Of a stretch of DNA of 51,556 nucleotides, positions 10,118 to 17,657 are shown piece after piece. Location: positions 1 through 51,556 of IMG/VR virus record IMGVR_UViG_3300017766_001463; one strand, given 5' to 3'. Each line of letters opens with the position of its first letter. The stretch's first letter is position 1. The position numbers and the translations under genes are program-made. Below the pieces are notes generated by a model. It saw nothing but the letters and a program-made list of their open reading frames with translations. It was not told the origin of the DNA and searched no databases. Source of the stretch: a virus. Lineage: Duplodnaviria; Caudoviricetes.

Positions 10118-10300
10118 ATGTACAAACTCGGAAAAAACATTATGGACGGTGATCGCGTTGTGGTTCAGGCCGACTACGTTCAACGCCTCTTCGACAACGC
10201 CTTCATCCCCTTCGACCCCGCCAACACAGACTACGCTGAGTACCTGAAGTGGCTTGAAGCCGGGAATACACCCCTTCCCCCAGACACGCAGCCCGAGTAA
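10118..10300 (+). CDS. Small fibre chaperone-like protein, paralog 2
   Basis: 60 aa; core nearly identical to 8889 gene. Confidence 0.7.
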   Translation: MYKLGKNIMDGDRVVVQADYVQRLFDNAFIPFDPANTDYAEYLKWLEAGNTPLPPDTQPE

Positions 10301-10326
10301 AATCTGCCAAACACACGAGGACTCAC

Positions 10327-11433
10327 ATGAGCACCTACTCCCCAGACCTTCGGATCGAACTCATCACCACCGGCGACCAAGCCGGTACGTGGGGTACAAC
10401 GACCAACACAAACTTGGCCTACGTGGTCGAGCAAGCCATCGCGGGGTACGTCTCTGTGTCCGTGATCTCGGCCAACCAAGCCCTGACTTACATCAACGGC
10501 GGCTCCTCGACCGCGGCTTTGAATCAGGCTGTTCACGCATCTTTGGCGCTGACAACCACCACCGGTGCAAACTTCGCCGTTTACGCTCCCCCTGCCTCCA
10601 AGCAGTACACCATCTACAACGCCAGCAGCTACACGGCCACGGTCTACAACTCGACTGTGATCGGAAACACCACGGCTGCGGGTACTGGAGTGGCAATCCC
10701 TGCGGGTAAAACCGTCACCGTGTGGTCTGACGGCACCAACTTTTCCTCGCAAAACACCCACCTCCCCGGCACCGTCACTGCGGATACAGCGGCACCCGGA
10801 ACAAACACAACCCAGATTGCAACCACTGCATTTGTGCAAGCCGCAACCGGAACTCTGGGCACCATGTCAACCCAGAACGCCAACAACGTTGCGATTACCG
10901 GCGGCACGATTACAGGCATTACCGATCTGGCAGTAGCAGATGGTGGTACTGGCGCATCCACAGCAAGCGGCGCTCGCACAAACCTTGGCTTGGTTATCGG
11001 CACGGATGTTCCGGGCCCAACCGGCACAGGCGCTTCTGGCACATGGAATATTGCGATCTCTGGAAACGCAGCTACCGCTACAACCGCCTCAAACGGTGGG
11101 GTTACGAGTGTTAATGGCAGCACTGGGGCTGTTACCGTGGACTCTATTGGGGTTGGCCAAACGTGGCAAAACCTGACTGGTTCCCGAGCATTAAATACGA
11201 CGTACACAAACAGCACGGGGCGAGCTATTCAGGTGACCTGTAACCCAATTGCTCAGTCGGGCACTACGGCAGGTGTAATTGTTGGCGGCGTTACCATATT
11301 GACCGCAACGACGCTAGACTGCTGCGGCATCCCTCAGATTTCTTACTTCCCCTTCTCGTTTATTGTTCCGACGGGGACAACGTACCAAGTTTATGGCAGC
11401 TACGGTTTTAGCGTCTGGGCTGAACTGCGATGA
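10327..11433 (+). CDS. Tail fibre protein
   Basis: 368 aa; G.Q.GTWG.TTN.N start, TTQIATTAFV and VTSVNG.TG.V fibre motifs, GQTWQ..R..NTTYTN.TGR.I tip. Confidence 0.75.
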   Translation: MSTYSPDLRIELITTGDQAGTWGTTTNTNLAYVVEQAIAGYVSVSVISANQALTYINGGSSTAALNQAVHASLALTTTTGANFAVYAPPASKQYTIYNASSYTATVYNSTVIGNTTAAGTGVAIPAGKTVTVWSDGTNFSSQNTHLPGTVTADTAAPGTNTTQIATTAFVQAATGTLGTMSTQNANNVAITGGTITGITDLAVADGGTGASTASGARTNLGLVIGTDVPGPTGTGASGTWNIAISGNAATATTASNGGVTSVNGSTGAVTVDSIGVGQTWQNLTGSRALNTTYTNSTGRAIQVTCNPIAQSGTTAGVIVGGVTILTATTLDCCGIPQISYFPFSFIVPTGTTYQVYGSYGFSVWAELR

Positions 11434-11657
11434 TGTCGTCAAAAGAAACCATTGCAGCCCGGATGGCCATTTGCGCCGGGTGTGACAAGTCAACAGATAT
11501 GAGCAAGAACCCGCTTTATTTTTTTGTTGATGCAATAGGAAACCTCATACCGGACGCTCCAAAAACAATGTGCTCGGAGTGCTCGTGCCCTATCTGGGCC
11601 AAAGTTCGTGTAGCGGCAAACACATGCCCACTGGGCAAATGGGACAAAGAGGAGTAA
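11430..11657 (+). CDS. Small Cys-rich putative metal-binding protein
   Basis: 75 aa; R..IC..C...C..C.C....K......CP.GKW. Confidence 0.65.
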   Translation: MMSSKETIAARMAICAGCDKSTDMSKNPLYFFVDAIGNLIPDAPKTMCSECSCPIWAKVRVAANTCPLGKWDKEE

Positions 11658-11662
11658 GCACC

Positions 11663-11767
11663 ATGAAAGACTGGGCAATAGCAATTACCGCTGGTGTCCT
11701 TGTTACGTGCCTGTGCATGTGGGTGTCCTTTTCTCTCGTTCCGATGCTGTGGTGGGTGTTTAGATGA
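11663..11767 (+). CDS. Small membrane peptide
   Basis: 34 aa hydrophobic; AGGAG SD; start set at ATG 11663. Confidence 0.5.
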   Translation: MKDWAIAITAGVLVTCLCMWVSFSLVPMLWWVFR

Positions 11768-12267
11768 TCGGCCTTCTCCTTGATCCAGATGCCGCGCTTG
11801 ATGCGGTAAATAATGCTGTCCGTCTGGTCAAGAAGGCCAGCGCAACTGCGCAGAATATTGAGTCTTTGGCCCCGATGCTGGGCAAGTATTTCGATGCCAA
11901 GGCCAACGCTATCGCATCTGCTGAGGCCGCCAAGGCTGGCACGTTCGGTGGTTCTTCTATGGGCAAGGCTCTAGAGATTGAGCTGGCGATTGATGCCCAA
12001 AAGGAGTTTGAAGAAGACTTGAAGCGCCTGTTCTGGAACGCCAACAAGATGGATGTGTGGCAAAAGATCAAGGCTCGGGCTACCGTCATGGAAGCAGAAG
12101 CGGCCAAGTCTGCTGGCAAAGCCAAGGAAGACGCACGGCGCAAGAAGCAAAAGGAACAAGAGGAGCTGGAGACTGCGATTGCCGTCATCATCTCTGTGGC
12201 CATCTTCTGCGGCCTGATGTGGGGCGGATGGGAGCTGTTTACTTTCTGTCGCAAGCACGGGTGCTGA
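11764..12267 (+). CDS. Coiled-coil protein with C-terminal TM helix (lysis region)
   Basis: 167 aa; charged helix then IAVIISVAIFCGLMWGGW. Confidence 0.6.
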   Translation: MIGLLLDPDAALDAVNNAVRLVKKASATAQNIESLAPMLGKYFDAKANAIASAEAAKAGTFGGSSMGKALEIELAIDAQKEFEEDLKRLFWNANKMDVWQKIKARATVMEAEAAKSAGKAKEDARRKKQKEQEELETAIAVIISVAIFCGLMWGGWELFTFCRKHGC

Positions 12268-12270
12268 AAT

Positions 12271-12462
12271 GTGTGGAAGCTCCTCAAATGGTTTGATGTT
12301 GGCAAAGACTGGAAGCTCGGCATTGACCGGTACATTCAGTTCTGCTGCATGCTCATCGCTGCCAACTGGGTGCTCGACATGCTGTACGTCCTGCCTGTAG
12401 ACGACTCGAAGTCGCTGATTGAATTTGTGAAGTCCAGCATTCCTTTTGCTGGTGGTGGTTAA
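12271..12462 (+). CDS. Small hypothetical membrane protein
   Basis: 63 aa, GTG start, one hydrophobic stretch. Confidence 0.5.
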   Translation: MWKLLKWFDVGKDWKLGIDRYIQFCCMLIAANWVLDMLYVLPVDDSKSLIEFVKSSIPFAGGG

Positions 12463-12474
12463 CTGGAGGTTCTT

Positions 12475-12999
12475 ATGTTGTCTTTAATTTCTACTCTCGG
12501 TGGCTTGCTGATTTCCGGCTTGCCAAAACTGCTGGATTATTTCCAGAGCAAGGCCGACCAAAAGCACGAGCTGGCTTTGGCGCAAGTGCAGACCGAGCGG
12601 GAGTTGGCGCTGGCTGCTGCTGGTTTTGCCGCTCAAGCCAAGATTGAGGAAATCCGCACCGAGCAGGTGGCGATGCAGACCAACGCGCAGATGGCCCAAG
12701 CTGAAGCCGAGATGACCCAAGGCGCTCAAGAGCACGATAAGGCAGTGCTTGCCAAGGCATCCACATGGGTTGCCAACTACATCGGCACCGTGCGCCCAAC
12801 CATCACCTACATCTTTGTAATGGAACTGGTTTTGATTAACGGCTGGCTGGCTTGGTATGTCTGGTACAACGAGAAGCTGATTACAAACCTTGAAGAGCTG
12901 GTGAAGTTTAGCGACATCATTTTCAGCACTGACGAGATGGCCATGCTGGGCGGCATCATCGGTTTCTGGTTTGGCTCACGCGGCTGGAGCAAGAAGTGA
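12475..12999 (+). CDS. Putative holin (3TM-holin-like)
   Basis: 174 aa; W......VRP.ITY, TM segments, IIGFWFGSR end; directly upstream of endolysin; GGAGG SD. Confidence 0.7.
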   Translation: MLSLISTLGGLLISGLPKLLDYFQSKADQKHELALAQVQTERELALAAAGFAAQAKIEEIRTEQVAMQTNAQMAQAEAEMTQGAQEHDKAVLAKASTWVANYIGTVRPTITYIFVMELVLINGWLAWYVWYNEKLITNLEELVKFSDIIFSTDEMAMLGGIIGFWFGSRGWSKK

Positions 13000-13502
13000 A
13001 GCTCTCCAAAGCTGGCGCAGATTTGATGCACCGCTACGAAGGGTGCAGGAATAAGCCATACCTGTGCCCTGCCCACATCTGGACAATCGGGTACGGCCAC
13101 GTCCTGTATCAGGAGCAGATCAAACTGCCGATGGTGCGGGTTGAGGGCAAAGACATACCCATGATCCGCAAGGAGATGCCGCTTAAACCGGAGGACAGTC
13201 GTGTCTGGAGCAAAGAGGAAATCGAGAAACTATTCGCTGATGACGTCGCGTCTTTTGAACGTGGTGTTTTACGACTTGTTCCCGGCGTTGTTGGCAGGCA
13301 AGGCGCTTTTGACGCTCTTGTCTCAATATCCTTTAACTTTGGACTAGGCAACTTGCAGCGCTCGACCATCCGCATGAAAGCCAACCGGGGTGACTGGGAG
13401 GGTGCTGCCGAGGCGTTTATGGCTTGGACCAAAGGTGGCGGCAAGGTCTTGCCGGGGCTCGTCAAACGGCGCGAAGCAGAGATTGCGCTGTTCCTGAGTT
13501 AA
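12996..13502 (+). CDS. Endolysin, GH24 lysozyme
   Basis: E15-x8-C24-x5-T30 catalytic triad, TIGYGH, FDALVS..FN.G, GLVKRR.AE. Confidence 0.93.
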   Translation: MKLSKAGADLMHRYEGCRNKPYLCPAHIWTIGYGHVLYQEQIKLPMVRVEGKDIPMIRKEMPLKPEDSRVWSKEEIEKLFADDVASFERGVLRLVPGVVGRQGAFDALVSISFNFGLGNLQRSTIRMKANRGDWEGAAEAFMAWTKGGGKVLPGLVKRREAEIALFLS

Positions 13503-13533
13503 GTGCGAAAATGCCATAAAACTGAGGTAAACG

Positions 13534-15477
13534 ATGCCCTTACAAAAACTCCAACTGCGCCCCGGTGTAAACCGAGAGTCGACATCCCTTGCCAACGAAG
13601 GCACTTGGTTCGAGATGGACAAGGTGCGCTTTCGCTCGGGCTACCCTGAAAAGCTCGGCGGTTGGACTCTGGACACGGGCACTGCTGAAGCCACACTGCA
13701 ACCGCCTTCCGGCTCGTACTGGGGTGTTTGCCGCGCACTGTTTAACTGGATCACGCTGTCTGGCTTTAACCTGATGGCTCTTGGTACCAACCTGAAGTAC
13801 TACATCCAGCAGACAGCTGGCGGTGATTTCTACGACGTAACGCCTATCCGGTACGAGAGCACAGTCGCATCCAACGCCTTCACGACAATCAATGGCTCGA
13901 CCACGGTGGTGGTCAACGATGCAGGCCACGGTGCGCAAGATGGTGACTTTGTAACGATCTCCGGCGTTGGTGGCGCGATTAACGGCATCCCTGCTGCCGC
14001 GTTGAATCTTGAGTTCCGCCTCACTTATCTCACATCCGGCACCTACAGCATCACGGTTTCCTCCCCTGCCACATCCTCCGGCACAACGGGCGCGGCTGAC
14101 TTTGCGTACCAAATTTCTACGGGTAACGAGATTGCTACTGTGGGCGTTGGTTGGGGTGCTGGTGGCTGGGGTGGCGACTCTGGCGGAACTCTGACTGGTT
14201 GGGGCGAAGCTGCGCCTGCTGGTCTGGGTGTCGATCTGCAAATGCGTTTATGGAGTCAGGCCAACTACGGCCAAGACCTCATCATCAACCCTCGAGGCGG
14301 CGGCATCTACCTTTGGAAAGTGAACGCTACGCCCACCGTTTACGACCGCGCAGTACTGCTCAGTTCAACCAGCCCTTCTCCGTACACCACGGATACTTCT
14401 TGCCCGTCAATTTGCAATGCAGTGGCCGTCTCGGATGCTTCGCGGTTTGTGTTGGCTTTTGGTTGCAATGACTACGGCTCAGTTGAACTTGACCCCCTTT
14501 TGGTTCGCTGGTCAGACCAAGAAGACTACGCCACATGGACCCCTGCTGCTACAAACCAAGCTGGCAGCTACCGCCTGAGTACGGGCTCGTCTATCGTGGC
14601 CAACCTGCAAACTCGTCAGGAAATCTTGGTGTGGACGGACGCTGCTCTGTATTCCATGCAGTACCTTGGACCACCATATGTTTGGGGCTTCCAGATTCTG
14701 GGTTCAAACCTGTCCATCGCAGGGCCAAACGCTATTGCCACAGCGGCCAACGTGACCTACTGGATGGGGCTTGATAAGTTCTACATGTACTCCGGTCGTG
14801 TGGAAACGCTCTACTGCCCTCTGCGTCAGTACATCTTCGGCGACATCAACCTGCAGCAGCAGTATCAGTTCTTTGCCAGTACCAACGAAGGCTTCAACGA
14901 AATCTGGTGGTTCTACTGCTCGGCCAACTCCACGGTGATCGACCGCTATGTGGTGTACAACCACTTGGAGAAAATCTGGTCTTACGGCAACATGTCCCGT
15001 ACGGCTTGGGTTGACTCTCCTCTGCGCGACTTCCCGTCTGCTGCTGGTTACGACGGCCAGCTCATTTACCATGAAGACGGCGTGAATGACGGCACAACCA
15101 ACCCGCCCAGCCCCATCGAGGCTTACATTCAGTCTGCCGACTTCAACATCGGTGACGGCCACAATTACGGTTTTGTCTGGCGGATGATCCCGGACATCAC
15201 GTTCGACGGCTCGAATGTAAACAACCCCGCAGTGACCATCACCATGCGGCCACGGCAGAACCCCGGCTCGAACTACGGGACAGCCCCCACTCCGGAAGTT
15301 ATCAGCGCCCAAAACTATCAGGGCCAGCGCAACTACGTGGTGCAGCAGTTCACAGAGATCGTTTACACACGGGTTCGTGGCCGCCAGATGGCGTTCAAGA
15401 TTGCCTCCGACGGCCTTGGCGTTCAGTGGCAGTTGGGTGTCCCTTCGATTGATGTTCGTCCGGACGGTCGTCGATGA
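13534..15477 (+). CDS. Tail tubular protein B / DNA stabilisation protein (P22 gp10-like)
   Basis: 647 aa; VRFRSG.PEK.GGW start, VRWSDQED, EIWWFY, R.RGRQ end; size and position. Confidence 0.7.
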   Translation: MPLQKLQLRPGVNRESTSLANEGTWFEMDKVRFRSGYPEKLGGWTLDTGTAEATLQPPSGSYWGVCRALFNWITLSGFNLMALGTNLKYYIQQTAGGDFYDVTPIRYESTVASNAFTTINGSTTVVVNDAGHGAQDGDFVTISGVGGAINGIPAAALNLEFRLTYLTSGTYSITVSSPATSSGTTGAADFAYQISTGNEIATVGVGWGAGGWGGDSGGTLTGWGEAAPAGLGVDLQMRLWSQANYGQDLIINPRGGGIYLWKVNATPTVYDRAVLLSSTSPSPYTTDTSCPSICNAVAVSDASRFVLAFGCNDYGSVELDPLLVRWSDQEDYATWTPAATNQAGSYRLSTGSSIVANLQTRQEILVWTDAALYSMQYLGPPYVWGFQILGSNLSIAGPNAIATAANVTYWMGLDKFYMYSGRVETLYCPLRQYIFGDINLQQQYQFFASTNEGFNEIWWFYCSANSTVIDRYVVYNHLEKIWSYGNMSRTAWVDSPLRDFPSAAGYDGQLIYHEDGVNDGTTNPPSPIEAYIQSADFNIGDGHNYGFVWRMIPDITFDGSNVNNPAVTITMRPRQNPGSNYGTAPTPEVISAQNYQGQRNYVVQQFTEIVYTRVRGRQMAFKIASDGLGVQWQLGVPSIDVRPDGRR

Positions 15478-16112
15478 CTCGCCTGACCACTACCCGGCCT
15501 CCGTTCCTGCCCGTTGCGCCGCAGGAATACGAGACACGCTTTCACAACCAGCACAGCGATGTGCTGCGTTTGTACTTTAACCAGCTCGACAATACGCTGG
15601 CTTCAGTGCTGGCTCCTCGCGGAGGCAAGTGGTTGGACTTCCCCTATGCTGCGATTCAGCGGGATACCAGCAAGTCGTTTACAGCCAACACAGCCACGCA
15701 GATCACGTTCGACACCAATGACTTTCTGAACGGCTGCACCAACGACGGCACAGACGGCATTGCCGTAGAGCAAAGCGGCATCTACAACTACCAGTTCAGC
15801 GTGCAACTCAAAAACACAGACTCGCAGATTCACTCCGCATGGATTTGGCTGCGCGTGAATAACGTGGATGTGAACGGTACGGGTAGTAAGTTTGACGTAA
15901 TCAGCTCGCACGGCGGCACCCCCGGCTACATCATTGCTGCTTGCAACTTCTACATTGAGGCCGAGGCCGGAGATACGGTGGAAATGTGGGCGGCTGTTAG
16001 CAATACTGCTGTGACTTTTGAAGCCGCTGCGGCCCAGACCAGTCCTTTCCCGATGCCGTCCATCCCCTCTGTGGTGGCCACACTTTCATTTGTGTCAAAT
16101 GTACCGACATGA
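15474..16112 (+). CDS. Virion protein (tail needle/spike-like)
   Basis: 212 aa; LP.AP.EY..LRLYFNQLD N-terminus plus beta-sandwich-like C-terminus. Confidence 0.55.
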   Translation: MTRLTTTRPPFLPVAPQEYETRFHNQHSDVLRLYFNQLDNTLASVLAPRGGKWLDFPYAAIQRDTSKSFTANTATQITFDTNDFLNGCTNDGTDGIAVEQSGIYNYQFSVQLKNTDSQIHSAWIWLRVNNVDVNGTGSKFDVISSHGGTPGYIIAACNFYIEAEAGDTVEMWAAVSNTAVTFEAAAAQTSPFPMPSIPSVVATLSFVSNVPT

Positions 16113-16146
16113 TAGACTCAACCAACCCCCTTTCCGAGAGGCCACA

Positions 16147-17256
16147 ATGAGCTTCCCCCTCTACCCAAATACAACTGCAGGTCTTGCGGCTATTGGGCCT
16201 GTGCAGGCCATGTCCGACCGCAATGAAGCCCAAACCTATATGGCTAACAGCGGCCAGATGTTTGCGTCTGGTGGTATCGCTTCGCTCGCCGGCGGCGGTA
16301 TGGATTCCCTGCCAAAGTACAAGTTTGACCCCGTTACCCAAAAGTATACTTTGGAAGGCGATGCAAAGTCTGAGGCCGAAGCCGAGTTGGAGCTGCTGAA
16401 AAAGAAACGCGCACTGGAAAGCAGTGGAGGTGGCGGTGGGCTCGATTCAATTGGCTCAAATTACGCTGCGCCTTCTGGCCAAACAATAGGTGAGGCACTG
16501 GCCAGTGCAGGTATTGGTTACAGCCGTGCGTTGGGCGGATTCCTTCCCGGCGGGGCATTGGCGGGGTGGCTTGGCAACGCCTACATCAACAGCCGCACAT
16601 CCGACGCTGCTAGATTTGGTGGTCATACCGGCACATATACCGGCTACGCAGCGTTCGGCGACCGCCCAAACAACACCATGACTGAGGCCCAAACTCAGGC
16701 GGCTATTCGAGGTACTGGCGGTGGTCCGTTATCTGGTCCGGCTTGGGGTACTGATCCTAGCTACGGTGGCAATTTGCCCGGCGGAGTGACCGGTTATCAA
16801 ACAGGTGAGAACGGTCTCCCCAGCGAACTCGGAGGCAGTGCTGCTCCCGGTTCAGATGGCGGCGGGTTTTCAGATGTTGGCGGCATGGGTGCGGCAGCAG
16901 CAGCCGACGCAGCGGCGGGTGGGTATATGGCTCAAGGCGGTCTTGCCGCTCTGGCTCGTGGGGGTCAAAGCCACTTGGGTGATTACTCGGATGGCGGTCG
17001 TTTGTTGCGCGGTCCCGGTGACGGCGTGTCTGACAGCATTCCGGCCACTATTGCGGACAAGCGCCCTGCGCGACTGGCTGATGGCGAGTTCGTGGTACCG
17101 GCCCGTATCGTCTCCGAGTTGGGCAATGGCTCAACCGAGGCAGGTGCTCGCAAGCTGTACGCCATGATGGACCGAATTCAGAAGGCCCGTAGCAAAACCG
17201 TTGGCAAAGATCGCGTTGCAGTTAACAGCCGCGCTGAGAAAAACCTGCCAGCATGA
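16147..17256 (+). CDS. Internal virion protein with repeated AxGG motifs
   Basis: Start set at ATG 16147 (GAGAGG SD); GPGDGVSDSIPA..ARLADGEFVVPA motif. Confidence 0.6.
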   Translation: MSFPLYPNTTAGLAAIGPVQAMSDRNEAQTYMANSGQMFASGGIASLAGGGMDSLPKYKFDPVTQKYTLEGDAKSEAEAELELLKKKRALESSGGGGGLDSIGSNYAAPSGQTIGEALASAGIGYSRALGGFLPGGALAGWLGNAYINSRTSDAARFGGHTGTYTGYAAFGDRPNNTMTEAQTQAAIRGTGGGPLSGPAWGTDPSYGGNLPGGVTGYQTGENGLPSELGGSAAPGSDGGGFSDVGGMGAAAAADAAAGGYMAQGGLAALARGGQSHLGDYSDGGRLLRGPGDGVSDSIPATIADKRPARLADGEFVVPARIVSELGNGSTEAGARKLYAMMDRIQKARSKTVGKDRVAVNSRAEKNLPA

Positions 17257-17657
17257 AAATCCAATTCGTTCCTTTGGAATGGGTAAACCAGACATGGCCT
17301 CAAGTTGAGGCCTTTATCGCATCTGCGCTGGACCACTCAAAGGGCGAATACACGGCAGAACACGCCAAGGTTATGGCGACCACTGGGCAGTGGCAGTTGT
17401 TGGTGGCAACAACGGAAGAAGGTATTGAAGGCGCTGCGCTGGTGCAGTTTTTTAACCGACCAAATGATAGGGCGTGCTTTATCATTGCGATCGGTGGCAA
17501 GCTCATCAGCAGCGACGAGACCTTTGAGCAACTGAAGAATTACGCGGCCTCCAACGGGGCTACTTGCATTGAGGGCGCTGCGCGGGAATCCGTTGCACGC
17601 TTGTGGACACGGTACGGCTTCACTGAGAAGTACCGAATTGTAGGAGTGAAATTATGA
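17253..17657 (+). CDS. GNAT-fold-like virion assembly protein
   Basis: 134 aa between ejection-protein genes; G..CIEG.AR..ARLW.RYGF resembles GNAT C-terminus. Confidence 0.5.
   Translation: MKIQFVPLEWVNQTWPQVEAFIASALDHSKGEYTAEHAKVMATTGQWQLLVATTEEGIEGAALVQFFNRPNDRACFIIAIGGKLISSDETFEQLKNYAASNGATCIEGAARESVARLWTRYGFTEKYRIVGVKL

Noticed and set aside
7840-10300. Diversity-generating retroelement acting on fibre tips
   Set aside because: No reverse transcriptase and no TR/VR pair with adenine-specific mismatches seen
12996-13502. Cys in place of Asp in the lysozyme triad
   Set aside because: E-x8-C-x5-T is a known, common GH24 variant
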